This document shows, one piece after another, positions 9,013-18,428 of a stretch of DNA of 64,000 bases. Source of the stretch: Candidatus Parcubacteria bacterium (GTDB lineage Bacteria > Patescibacteriota > Minisyncoccia > Phycocordibacterales > JAACPR01); assembly GCA_041158505.1 (NCBI GenBank), contig JBEBBG010000009.1, positions 5,157-69,156 of the forward strand. The letters are read 5' to 3'. The notes under the pieces are model-generated. The model had not been told where the DNA came from and searched no databases. It was given only the letters and a program-made list of their open reading frames with translations. A program made the position numbers and the translations under genes. Numbering within the stretch: the stretch's first letter is position 1; every line of letters starts with the position of its first letter.

Positions 9013-10302
9013 ATGCCATTCCTTTCAAACAAAAAACAGATACTGAAAACAGCACGACATCTTTTCCTTATGGGCGCGCTCGTTGTTGGTCTTTTTGGTT
9101 TGTTCACAGCAGAGGTTGCTCATGCTGGGTTCCCATACTTCGCAACAAAGGTAACAGTAAATACTCCGAAGCCGCCAGAAGTTCGTACATACAAGCCAGG
9201 AGAGGCAATGCAATTTAGTGGTCAGTTTAGTTGGTCGTACTGTGGTAACGCGGGCAACTTCCGTGTCTATGGTCGAACAACTCGACCTGTTGCTGTTTCA
9301 GAGAGTCATGCAGGATTTTCTCCGTGGACCGAAATCACATCAACCACCGGAAGAAAAACGTACACGAGTGCATTCACTGCTCCAACAAAACCTGGAGTTT
9401 ACAAATTTAAGTATGAAATTGAATTTGGTCAGCCGTGTGTCGGTATTCGTGGTGCCTCATGTAACGGATTTACGCTCATGTCTAAGTACGAGGCGCTGCC
9501 AAAGCAGGGGGCTCGTGGCATAAAACTTGGAGTTCCTCCAAGTTATACCTATGTGCGTAGTGGTGTTGTTACATTTGAGGTAAAAGATGATGTAAAAAAA
9601 CCAGTATGTCCTGCGGATACCATCGAGGTACTTCGTGATGGTAAAACAGTTTGTGTCCCACAGGTACTCTCGCTAACTTGTTCTGTATCAGCAAATCGGA
9701 TTGAACCTGGCGAATCAGTAACATTTGAAGCTGTAACAAACGAGCAGGCGACCTTTACGTGGTACGAAGGAGGTGTTGCAAGCGGCACTATTCTTGGTGG
9801 TCCAGAGACTGGTACAAAGAGTACGCTAACTAGAACCTTTAGTCGTGTAGGTCAGTATCAGGTAACGGCGTATGCACAGAATGCTCGTGGGGCTGGAGCA
9901 TGTACGCGTGGTGTAACTGTCGGTGATGTTCCGGAAGAGGAAGAAGAGGAGGAGGTGCGAGATGAGTTTAATAACCTTGTACAAGAAGACGGCACGCTCC
10001 TCACCGCGACTGGCAAGCGTATCGGTTTTGATCCAAAGGCGGGGCCAGCAGCTATTATGTTTGAACTGGACCCAACGCTAACTAACACGACGTGTGGAGC
10101 GACATGGTCTGCGCAAAACGTCGCACAGTGCTACATGGTTGCATCAGGAAACAGAAGCCGTGCAGCAGCAATTGACGCATCAGGTGAAGCGCAAGTTGTT
10201 CCTGCAACGTACCGTGTTGAGTGTTTGGCACTTCGTGATGGCGCCATTGTGTCATCAGAGATTCGTATTTGTCGTCAAAACTTCGATACGCGAGAGCGGT
10301 AG
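9013..10302 (+). CDS. secreted/anchored protein with acidic E-run and Cys-containing C-terminal domain (cassette copy 1, protein B)
   Basis: N-terminal signal/anchor LFLMGALVVGLFGLFTAEVAHA. An EEEEEEE run. Conserved block TFTWYEGG...TLTRTFSRVGQYQVTAYAQNARGAGACTRGVTVG. Paralogous to 12070-13329. Confidence 0.6.
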   Translation: MPFLSNKKQILKTARHLFLMGALVVGLFGLFTAEVAHAGFPYFATKVTVNTPKPPEVRTYKPGEAMQFSGQFSWSYCGNAGNFRVYGRTTRPVAVSESHAGFSPWTEITSTTGRKTYTSAFTAPTKPGVYKFKYEIEFGQPCVGIRGASCNGFTLMSKYEALPKQGARGIKLGVPPSYTYVRSGVVTFEVKDDVKKPVCPADTIEVLRDGKTVCVPQVLSLTCSVSANRIEPGESVTFEAVTNEQATFTWYEGGVASGTILGGPETGTKSTLTRTFSRVGQYQVTAYAQNARGAGACTRGVTVGDVPEEEEEEEVRDEFNNLVQEDGTLLTATGKRIGFDPKAGPAAIMFELDPTLTNTTCGATWSAQNVAQCYMVASGNRSRAAAIDASGEAQVVPATYRVECLALRDGAIVSSEIRICRQNFDTRER

Positions 10303-10343
10303 GGCTTTACCCTCAAGGTGTTTGTTGGTACCATGGTCGCACT

Positions 10344-10571
10344 ATGAATTTTTTGATGAAAGCAATGTTGAAGCGCCAACTAAAAGCGCTTCCTGCAGAT
10401 CAGCAGGATATGATTATTCGGGCAATTGAGGAAAACCCAAAGCTATTTGAAACAATTGCAAAGGAGATTCAAGAAAAGGTGAAGAAAGGTGTTGATAAGC
10501 AGACGGCGGCAATGCAAGTGATGATGGCGCACCAGAATGAGCTTCGCACAGCAATGCAACCAAAAAAGTAG
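10344..10571 (+). CDS. small hypothetical protein (75 aa), helical and Lys/Gln-rich
   Basis: Plausible start MNFLMKAML within an ORF open from 10269. No known motif. Confidence 0.35.
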   Translation: MNFLMKAMLKRQLKALPADQQDMIIRAIEENPKLFETIAKEIQEKVKKGVDKQTAAMQVMMAHQNELRTAMQPKK

Positions 10572-10590
10572 CACATACATTTAGGTAGTT

Positions 10591-10630
10591 ATCAACACGC
10601 GCCGGGCACTTGTGCCCGGCGCGTGTTGAT
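10591..10630 (+). terminator. long near-perfect palindromic hairpin (ATCAACACGCGCCGGGCAC..GTGCCCGGCGCGTGTTGAT)
   Basis: A stem of about 16-19 bp read directly in the sequence between the small gene and cassette copy 2. It shares its core with the hairpin at 19487. Confidence 0.45.
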
Positions 10631-10651
10631 TTCGACGTATACTATACAGTA

Positions 10652-12064
10652 ATGCATACGCGGGGTTTACGGTACATTGGTATTTTTGTTGCACTAAGTG
10701 TGCTTTGCGTTCCCGCAATACTCCTCGCACAACAAAATGGTACTCCTACGTCCGAACCAGTAACTACTGACAACCAACTGTACGTTGATGAGATTCAAAT
10801 AGAGCCAGGGACATTTGCTCCTGGAGATGCAGTTCGCGGCACCTTTATGCTCTACAATGTTAGCGAAAGTATACTCTCTGGAGTTACATACAGAGTAGAG
10901 CTCGTTAAGCTTGCTGTTGTCGATGAAATTCTGGTTATTTCTGAGCCGCTCGATGCTGGACCACTCAGTAGTAAGGCTACTGTGCCAGCCGGAGGAATTT
11001 CAGTTCCTTTTGTCTATACGTTACCAAGGCTTCTTCCAAAAGACGGCGGTGTTGGGCTTCTTATCCAATCATACGAACAGGGTGGTGCACCTTCGGGATA
11101 TGAGGTAGTTGAGCTTTCTGTTGATGCAAGTAGTGGTGCCGCTTACCTGCCATTCCAAGCAGTTGTTTCTGTTAATGGTACCGAAACCTACGAACCACTT
11201 GAAGGCCCAACAATTCAACCAACTGAAGAAGCTGTGCTTGAGGTTCGACTAGTAAACACGCTCGATACGGCAACCACCCTGACGCCAAAAATTACCATTG
11301 TTCGGGGCCCAACAAGTGGTGGAGATGTTGCGTATGAAAAAGTATTAGATTTTCTAACACTACCAGCAGGGGAAACTGTACTTGAACAAGTGCCGCTACC
11401 GCTCGATCAGGAGCCAGGAGTGTATACAGTGCTTCTTTCTTTTGCTGATCCTACAGATGCTGCGGCAGTTGCTCCAATTGAAGCTCGTTACATTATTGCA
11501 GGTCTGAAACCAAAGATTGAACAGGTTCGTTACGATACGACAAACATTGCCGCAGCGAATGATACGCTCACAGTACACGTTAGTTTTATGGATGTACCGC
11601 TCAACATTCGCGTATCAGCAGATGGGGTGTTTCAAGACCCGCGAGCTGAGCGATTCTTTACCAGTACGTCATCTGATGCTGGGTACGAACAGTCTCTGCA
11701 GCAGCTGCTTCCCGAGGGAATGTCGGCACGAGTAACACTCGCCGACCCAAATACAAGCGAAATTCTTGCACAGGAGAATGTTGGTTTTACAGGAGGAACT
11801 GCTGAAGCAACCGTTTCATTCCCTGACCTCACCGGTCTAGATGGAGTATACGTAGAAGTTGTGTTGCTGCAGCGTGGGGAAACTGTCGACTCTTTTGGAG
11901 AAACGCTCATCCTTACAACTCGAGACGATCGCGCTGGCATTTTACTCTTCTGGGATGAGCATCCATTTATTTCAATGACGGGTGTCTTGGTGCTCCTTGT
12001 GGGCGTCTGGTTTTGGTGGGTGCTTGCACGACGACAACAAGCAACAGGTATACTAAAAAAGTAA
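10652..12064 (+). CDS. large secreted, C-terminally anchored surface protein (cassette copy 2, protein A)
   Basis: Signal peptide from MHTRGLRYIGIFVALSVLCVPAILLAQQ. The annotated 10610 start lies inside the upstream hairpin. C-terminal TM GVLVLLVGVWFWWVLARRQQ. Collinear similarity to 7630-9006, for example IEARLVVAGLEPSIERVSY versus IEARYIIAGLKPKIEQVRY. Confidence 0.6.
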   Translation: MHTRGLRYIGIFVALSVLCVPAILLAQQNGTPTSEPVTTDNQLYVDEIQIEPGTFAPGDAVRGTFMLYNVSESILSGVTYRVELVKLAVVDEILVISEPLDAGPLSSKATVPAGGISVPFVYTLPRLLPKDGGVGLLIQSYEQGGAPSGYEVVELSVDASSGAAYLPFQAVVSVNGTETYEPLEGPTIQPTEEAVLEVRLVNTLDTATTLTPKITIVRGPTSGGDVAYEKVLDFLTLPAGETVLEQVPLPLDQEPGVYTVLLSFADPTDAAAVAPIEARYIIAGLKPKIEQVRYDTTNIAAANDTLTVHVSFMDVPLNIRVSADGVFQDPRAERFFTSTSSDAGYEQSLQQLLPEGMSARVTLADPNTSEILAQENVGFTGGTAEATVSFPDLTGLDGVYVEVVLLQRGETVDSFGETLILTTRDDRAGILLFWDEHPFISMTGVLVLLVGVWFWWVLARRQQATGILKK

Positions 12065-12069
12065 TTCGT

Positions 12070-13329
12070 ATGCAGAACATGCAAAAACAGCAAAAAAGAT
12101 TTTGGTACACAACAGTGTCTGCATTTGTTGCAGCACTTGTACTTGTTGGTGCGGCGTACATGCAGGTTGGTGAACAGCGTGTTGCTGACGCGGGTAAGCC
12201 ATACTTTAAAAATGCGATTACTGTTACCAATCCAAAGCCACCACAGGTTCGTGAGTATGCCCCAGGTTCAGACATTCCACTTCGTCTCGATTTCGATTGG
12301 ATTTACTGTGCAAATGAGGGCGGTGGCGCTGTCTATGGACGCACATCAAACATTGTTCCAGCTGATAAGCCACTTCCTGCTCCAAAGGGTGCATGGCGAG
12401 CGGGCGTTGCTGGTTGGCCAGGCACAGCGGGTCCTGCTGCGAAGGGTAAAGAGCAAGCGTATGCACCACGCAAAGGTGTGTACAGTGAGAACCTTCGTGC
12501 CCCAATGAAACCTGGTAAGTATCAACTCGCGTATGAAATTGAACTACGAACTCCAGAGGGTAATTTGTCTCGACAAGGAAGAGTTGTCTTTGAAGTACGG
12601 GACAAAGAGCGAAATCCAGGAGCAAACTGTCCAGCAAATCAAATTACCATTCGACAAAATGGAGGACTTGTTTGCGTGCCGAATACCGTTGATGTTGATT
12701 GCGATGTCTCGTCGACACAAGTTGATGTAGGGGAATCAGTAACCTTTAGTGCATCAACTGCAAAAACAGCAACCTTTACATGGTATGAAGGACCACATGC
12801 TGGTGGTACTGTTCTGGCTGGCCCAAAAACCGGCACACAGAGCACGCTAACTCGAACCTTTAGTCGTGCAGGTCAGTATCAGGTAACAGTTCTTGCAAAA
12901 AATGCACAAGGCTCATACGGTGCATGTACACGCGGCGTGCGCGTTGGTTCATTAGAAGATGAAATTGAAGAAGAGGAAGTAACTGATGAATTCGGTAACA
13001 TCTTTAATAGCGTAGACGGTACCATTATGACACCTGATGGACAGATCCTAACCATTGATCCAAGTGCACCTCCTGCGTCAGTTACACTCACCTTCGATAG
13101 AGCGCTTACAAACACTACCTGTGCTGCAACGTGGCAAGCTCAGAATGTTCTCCGTTGTTACATGGTTCGGGGTAATGAGCGTACAAATGCACCGGTGATT
13201 GGTGCGTCAGGTACTGAGCAGGTTGTTCCTGCGACGTATCGAGTTGATTGTCTTGCTCGACGTGATGGTAAAATCGTCTCTTCTGAAACTCGTATCTGTA
13301 GTAATAACCCAGATGCTCGTGAGCAGTAA
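12070..13329 (+). CDS. secreted/anchored protein (cassette copy 2, protein B)
   Basis: Start MQNMQKQQKRFWYTTVSAFVAALVLVGAAY is 6 nt after the previous stop. Blocks GKPYFKNAITVTNPKPPQVREYAPGS, TFTWYEGPHAGGTVLAGPKTGTQSTLTRTFSRAGQYQVT and an EEEE run align with 9013-10302. Confidence 0.6.
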   Translation: MQNMQKQQKRFWYTTVSAFVAALVLVGAAYMQVGEQRVADAGKPYFKNAITVTNPKPPQVREYAPGSDIPLRLDFDWIYCANEGGGAVYGRTSNIVPADKPLPAPKGAWRAGVAGWPGTAGPAAKGKEQAYAPRKGVYSENLRAPMKPGKYQLAYEIELRTPEGNLSRQGRVVFEVRDKERNPGANCPANQITIRQNGGLVCVPNTVDVDCDVSSTQVDVGESVTFSASTAKTATFTWYEGPHAGGTVLAGPKTGTQSTLTRTFSRAGQYQVTVLAKNAQGSYGACTRGVRVGSLEDEIEEEEVTDEFGNIFNSVDGTIMTPDGQILTIDPSAPPASVTLTFDRALTNTTCAATWQAQNVLRCYMVRGNERTNAPVIGASGTEQVVPATYRVDCLARRDGKIVSSETRICSNNPDAREQ

Positions 13330-13369
13330 TGCTTGCAGGCTTTCGCACTATCGACTAAGCTAGGACCCT

Positions 13370-14473
13370 ATGTCACTTTCAATCGGTATTGTAGGGCTTC
13401 CAAACGTTGGTAAATCGACGCTTTTTAACGCACTTACAAAAAAATCAGTTCCTGCAGAGAACTATCCATTCTGCACTATTGACCCTTCAGTGGGTGTGGT
13501 TGGTGTGCCTGATGAGCGTCTCTACAAGCTCGCAGCATTTAGTAATACGCAGAAGACGATTCCTGCAGCTGTTGAGTTTACCGACATCGCAGGCCTGGTA
13601 AAGGGTGCCGCACAAGGTGAAGGTCTTGGTAATAAATTCCTTGCAAACATTCGGGAAGTGGATGCAATTGCACATGTGGTGCGTCTCTTTGAGAATGCCG
13701 ACATTACGCACGTGCATGGTGGTGTGAACCCGCTCGATGATATTCAGGTTATTAACCTGGAGCTCATCATGGCGGATGCCGAAAGTGTCGCAAATCGTAT
13801 TGCGCGCCTCGGTCGCGATCTAAAGCGGGGGGATAAAGCGATTGTGAAAGAGCACGAGCTGCTGCTTAAGCTCGAAGCTGTCCTTGCTGCTGGAAAGCTC
13901 GCACACACACTTACGAGTACACTTGCAGACGACGAACTACCGGTACTCAAATCGCTTCACCTGCTTACGGCAAAGCCAATGCTCTACGTCCTTAACCGAC
14001 AGAGCGGCGCAAAAAACATTGATGAAGGGGATGATCCTCGCTACAAAGCCTTGATGGACTTTTTGCATGCAGAAAATGCGCTCTATGTAGTCGTGGATGC
14101 TGCCACAGAGGCTGCGCTTACCGACGTTGATGCCGCAGAGAAGCAGGAATTTCTAGAATCAGTTGGTATTAGCGAAAGTGGTGTTGATGCCCTCATCCGG
14201 AAGGGGTACGAGCTTCTAGGCCTAATCACATACTTCACGACCGGAGAAAAAGAAACACGAGCATGGACTACGTTTGTGGGAGCAACGGCACCGCAAGCGG
14301 GTGCTTCAATTCACTCTGATTTTGAGCATAAGTTTATTCGAGCCGAGGTTATCGCCTGGGATAAGTTGCTCGAAGCTGGTTCGCGCGGCGTTGCACGAGA
14401 AAAGGGGTGGATTCGCACCGAAGGCAAGCAGTACATCGTCCAAGACGGCGACGTCATTGAGTTTTTGGTGTAA
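13370..14473 (+). CDS. ychF: ribosome-binding ATPase YchF (Obg-family)
   Basis: G1 motif [18 protein letters not shown], then DIAGLVKGA, and the C-terminal TGS domain ...[16 protein letters not shown]... Confidence 0.85.
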   Translation: MSLSIGIVGLPNVGKSTLFNALTKKSVPAENYPFCTIDPSVGVVGVPDERLYKLAAFSNTQKTIPAAVEFTDIAGLVKGAAQGEGLGNKFLANIREVDAIAHVVRLFENADITHVHGGVNPLDDIQVINLELIMADAESVANRIARLGRDLKRGDKAIVKEHELLLKLEAVLAAGKLAHTLTSTLADDELPVLKSLHLLTAKPMLYVLNRQSGAKNIDEGDDPRYKALMDFLHAENALYVVVDAATEAALTDVDAAEKQEFLESVGISESGVDALIRKGYELLGLITYFTTGEKETRAWTTFVGATAPQAGASIHSDFEHKFIRAEVIAWDKLLEAGSRGVAREKGWIRTEGKQYIVQDGDVIEFLV

Positions 14474-14511
14474 TTGAACTTTGCTCCCACCTGCGGTACG
14501 CTAAGACGTAT

Positions 14512-15465
14512 ATGGAACAATCAGTAAAAATGACGCCAAAAGACTTCTTTTTGCACTTGGGGGTGGTAGCAACGTTATACGTAAGCACGGTCGCATTTAT
14601 CAGCTTCGTGTTTGCGGTCATCAATCTTGCTCTTCCAGACGTCGCCGCGGGAGCATGGGTCTATGAAAATAGTCGATCAAGTATCGCCTGGTCGCTTTCG
14701 GTCTTCATTATTGTCTACCCAGTATTCCTCTATTTACTTTTTAAGGTTAGTCATTACTTGCTCGAAAGTAAGGAGCGTGCGGCGGTTTCAATTCGCAAGT
14801 GGTTTATCTACCTCACCATTTTCCTCACTGCCGCCACGTTGATTGTTGATGGTATTGTGCTTCTCACTACGTTCTTGCAGGGCGAGCAGCTGACGTTGCG
14901 ATTTGTGCTCAAGGTGCTCACGATTGTTATCGTTGCACTCACCATTTTCTGGTTCAGCATCAAAGAGCTTCGCAATACATTCATTACTAATCCAAAAACG
15001 CTTACACGTGCAGCTGTGGGCACATCACTTTTCGTACTTGTTTGTATTATTGTTGGCTTTGCATACATGGGATCACCACGCCAAGCCCGACTTGCACTTG
15101 AGGATGCACAACGAGTGCAGGATCTAAGTTACATTCAGAGCGAAATCATTGAGTACTGGCGTGCCACAGAAACGCTTCCAACATCACTTGAAGCTATCAA
15201 TGACCCAATCCGTTACGTGCAGGTGCCAGTCGATGCTGTCACAAAAGAGCCATATGAATACAACGTTTTAAGCGCAACAAGCTTTGAGTTTTGTGCCGTA
15301 TTCGCAACAAGTAATGCAGATAGCGTTGCTGTTATGGAAACATCAATTCCTGCACTGAACGCATTCACCGAAGATGACACGCACTTTATGCACGACGCAG
15401 GGCGAACCTGCTTTACCAGAACTATCGACCCAGCACGTATTACACCGTATCCAGCTAAGGGGTAA
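14512..15465 (+). CDS. hypothetical polytopic membrane protein
   Basis: Four to five TM helices followed by a soluble C-terminal domain. Ends 2 nt before leuS. Confidence 0.5.
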   Translation: MEQSVKMTPKDFFLHLGVVATLYVSTVAFISFVFAVINLALPDVAAGAWVYENSRSSIAWSLSVFIIVYPVFLYLLFKVSHYLLESKERAAVSIRKWFIYLTIFLTAATLIVDGIVLLTTFLQGEQLTLRFVLKVLTIVIVALTIFWFSIKELRNTFITNPKTLTRAAVGTSLFVLVCIIVGFAYMGSPRQARLALEDAQRVQDLSYIQSEIIEYWRATETLPTSLEAINDPIRYVQVPVDAVTKEPYEYNVLSATSFEFCAVFATSNADSVAVMETSIPALNAFTEDDTHFMHDAGRTCFTRTIDPARITPYPAKG

Positions 15466-15467
15466 GT

Positions 15468-18308
15468 ATGAAGCAGTACAATCACAGCGAAATTGAAAAG
15501 AAGTGGCAGCAAGAGTGGGCTTCGGCACGCGCTTTTGAAACGCCGGATACTGTGGCAGGAAAAGAAAACAGCTACATTCTTTTTGAGTTTCCATATCCAT
15601 CGGGAAACTTGCACGTTGGACATTGGTACGCTTTTGCTCTTACCGACATCTACGCACGATTTGAACGTCTCCGTGGCAAGAACGTGCTCTTTCCTGTCGG
15701 ATTCGATGCGTTTGGATTACCTGCCGAGAATGCGGCAATCAAGCACGGTCTTAACCCACGAACGTGGACCTACCAAAACATGGACAGTATGCGCGCACAG
15801 ATGCGTGCTATGGGGTGCACGTTTGATTGGTCTCGTGAAGTGGTTACCTGCGCACCTGAGTATTACAAGTGGACGCAATCACTTTTCTTAACGTTGTTTA
15901 ACGCGGGATTGGTGCAGAAGAAAACAACAACCGTAAACTGGGACCCTGTCGATAAAACGGTGCTTGCAAATGAACAGGTGCTTGCTGATGGCACTGCAGA
16001 ACGCTCTGGTGCGCTTGTAGAGCAAAAAGAAATGGATCAGTGGACTGTTTCAATTACAAAGTACGCCGATCGTTTGATTGATGACCTTGAGCCGCTTGAT
16101 TGGCCAGAAGCGATCAAAGATTCACAGCGTAACTGGATTGGACGGAGTGAAGGAGCAAAGCTCACCTTTACCCTCAGTGGTTCGTATGGTTCGCTCCAGG
16201 TGTTTACCACGCGCCCTGATACGCTCTACGGTGTGACGTACCTTGTCGTCGCGCCTGAGCATGAACTGGTGAGTGTTGCACTTCCTGCACTTGCTAACAA
16301 AGATGCAGTTGAAGCATACATCACAGCTGCAAAACGAAAAACAGAACGTGATCGTTTGATTGGCGAGAAAGAAAAAACAGGAGTACTCCTTGATGGGGTT
16401 ACCGCAACACATCCGCTTACCGGTGAATCATTACCAATCTACACTGCCGACTACGTACTTAAAGGGTATGGTACTGGAGCTATTATGGCGGTACCGGCAC
16501 ATGATGAACGAGACGCCGCGTTTGCGGAGGCATTCGGCTTGCCCGTAAAAAAGGTGATTGCGCCACGTCTTGTTGATGATCGAAATCCTCACGTGGAAGG
16601 TAAAGAGGTAGTCACCCGTAACGCAGTGATTGCTGTCGTCCGAAATCCAGAAAACGACACGTATTTGACATTACATTGGCCAGCGCAGCAGTGGCACACC
16701 TTTGTTATCGGTGGTGTTGAAGGAGAAGAAGATTCAGTTGCTGCGGCTCTGCGTGAAATCACTGAGGAAACGGGGTACACGGATGTACGATTTGTGCGTA
16801 AGTTGGTCGGCCCGACTCGTTCAGAGTTTTTTGCAGCACATAAGGATGTTAATCGAATCGGATACTTTGATATCCACCTCTTTGAACTTGGGAGCCTCGA
16901 ACAAAAAGTTGTCGCAGAGGAAGAAGTTAAAAAGCAAACGTATGAGTGGGTACCACGGAGTGCATTGACTACCGCCATGACCCATACAGAAATGCCGTTC
17001 ATTCTTGAGTCCCTAGATACAGGTAAGGAATTCTTTTGGAGTGGTGAGGGTATCCTCGTAAACTCAGGCGAACATACCGGCCTTTCATCTGCAGAGGCAA
17101 AGCAGCGCATTACTGAAGCGGCAGGCGGGGAACTTGTTTCTACGTACAAGCTTCGAGATTGGATTGTCTCACGACAACGCTACTGGGGCTGTCCAATTCC
17201 TATTATCAACTGTCCACATTGTGGGCCGGTCGCTGTTCCTGAAGATCAGTTACCAGTGGTACTTCCTGAAATCGATGACTACATGCCACGAGATGATGGT
17301 CGCTCACCACTTGCAAAAGCAACTGAATGGATGCAGGTGAGCTGTCCGTCGTGTGGAGGTAATGCAGAACGTGAGACGGATACCTTGGATACCTTCGTGG
17401 ACTCTTCGTGGTACTACTTACGGTATGCAGACGCAAAAAATGAGCAAGTCTTTGCTGATCGTGAAAAACTCAACGCGTGGATGCCAGTAAACTTCTACTC
17501 AGGAGGAGCTGAGCACACAACCATGCATCTCCTCTACGCACGATTCTTCAATAAGGCACTCTTTGATCTAGGGCTTGTTCCATCTGCAGAACCATTCACC
17601 AAACGCCTTAATCGCGGCCTCATCCTCGGTACTGACGGTAACAAGATGAGCAAATCGAAGGGAAATGTGATTGATCCAGATACTGAGGTTGCGCGATTTG
17701 GAGCAGACACCGTGCGAAGCTACCTTGCGTTCATCGGTCCGTACAATGAGCCAGGGAACTATCCGTGGGATCCAAACGGTATCGTGGGTGTGCGACGTTT
17801 CCTTGAGCGTGCAGCGGCCATTCCAGAGCACGTAGTGGTAGAGACGCCAGCGCACGTGCGTCAGCTTGTGCATCAATCAATAAAAAAAGTTGCAGAAGAT
17901 GCAGCGCGCTTCAAATTCAATACAGCAATCGCGCAGCTTATGGTGCTCACCAGTGCTATCTGTAAAGATGGTATTGGTAAAGACGATGCGCAGCTCGTTG
18001 CTGTTATCCTCTCGCCCTTCGCGCCGCACCTCGCAGAAGAGCTCTGGCAGCAGCTCGGAGGTATCTCACTTGTCGCGCATGAACCATGGCCACAGTATGA
18101 TGCATCGCTCCTTGAACAGGCGACTGTAATCATTGCGGTGCAGGTAAATGGAAAAGTTCGTGGGCAGGTAGAGGCCTCAAAAGACGCGACAGAGGCAGAT
18201 GTGTTGCATGCTGCATTGGGGCAAGAAAGCATTCAAAAGTGGGTTGGTGATACTGATCCAAAAAAGGTCATTTACGTCCCAGGGAAGCTCCTTTCCATCG
18301 TTGTGTAG
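15468..18308 (+). CDS. leuS: leucyl-tRNA synthetase carrying an inserted Nudix hydrolase domain
   Basis: HIGH region PYPSGNLHVGHWYAFALTDIYARFERLRG. CP1 motifs TTRPDT and GTGAIMAVPAHDERD. RLRDW-type KLRDWIVSRQRYWGCPIPI. KMSKS as NKMSKSKGNVIDP. C-terminal anticodon-binding region VIIAVQVNGKVRG. A perfect Nudix box GGVEGEEDSVAAALREITEETGY lies at nt 16710-16778, inside an extra ~145-aa block. Confidence 0.9.
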   Translation: MKQYNHSEIEKKWQQEWASARAFETPDTVAGKENSYILFEFPYPSGNLHVGHWYAFALTDIYARFERLRGKNVLFPVGFDAFGLPAENAAIKHGLNPRTWTYQNMDSMRAQMRAMGCTFDWSREVVTCAPEYYKWTQSLFLTLFNAGLVQKKTTTVNWDPVDKTVLANEQVLADGTAERSGALVEQKEMDQWTVSITKYADRLIDDLEPLDWPEAIKDSQRNWIGRSEGAKLTFTLSGSYGSLQVFTTRPDTLYGVTYLVVAPEHELVSVALPALANKDAVEAYITAAKRKTERDRLIGEKEKTGVLLDGVTATHPLTGESLPIYTADYVLKGYGTGAIMAVPAHDERDAAFAEAFGLPVKKVIAPRLVDDRNPHVEGKEVVTRNAVIAVVRNPENDTYLTLHWPAQQWHTFVIGGVEGEEDSVAAALREITEETGYTDVRFVRKLVGPTRSEFFAAHKDVNRIGYFDIHLFELGSLEQKVVAEEEVKKQTYEWVPRSALTTAMTHTEMPFILESLDTGKEFFWSGEGILVNSGEHTGLSSAEAKQRITEAAGGELVSTYKLRDWIVSRQRYWGCPIPIINCPHCGPVAVPEDQLPVVLPEIDDYMPRDDGRSPLAKATEWMQVSCPSCGGNAERETDTLDTFVDSSWYYLRYADAKNEQVFADREKLNAWMPVNFYSGGAEHTTMHLLYARFFNKALFDLGLVPSAEPFTKRLNRGLILGTDGNKMSKSKGNVIDPDTEVARFGADTVRSYLAFIGPYNEPGNYPWDPNGIVGVRRFLERAAAIPEHVVVETPAHVRQLVHQSIKKVAEDAARFKFNTAIAQLMVLTSAICKDGIGKDDAQLVAVILSPFAPHLAEELWQQLGGISLVAHEPWPQYDASLLEQATVIIAVQVNGKVRGQVEASKDATEADVLHAALGQESIQKWVGDTDPKKVIYVPGKLLSIVV

Positions 18309-18325
18309 CAAGGCTTTTTAGGGCC

Positions 18326-18354
18326 TTGACACTATCTATGGGCAGTGATAATGT
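18326..18354 (+). promoter_or_regulatory. putative sigma70-type promoter, TTGACA-17-TAATGT
   Basis: Read directly: TTGACA at 18326-18331, a 17-nt spacer, TAATGT at 18349-18354, about 75 nt upstream of the 18429 start. A small hairpin CAAGGC..GCCTTG sits between the leuS stop and this site. Confidence 0.3.
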
Positions 18355-18428
18355 TCTGTTACTTGCCAAATAGAGAAAGTGTGGCACAAGACATTCGTTG
18401 CCATTAGCGAGTAAGCACAAAACCTTTC

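Noticed and set aside
16589-17149. 186-aa minus-strand ORF and 132-aa plus-strand alternate-frame ORF (15493-15891) inside leuS
   Set aside because: They are embedded in a gene with unambiguous LeuS motifs in the annotated frame.
17873-18232. 119-aa minus-strand ORF near the 3' end of leuS
   Set aside because: It is antisense to the conserved LeuS anticodon-binding region.
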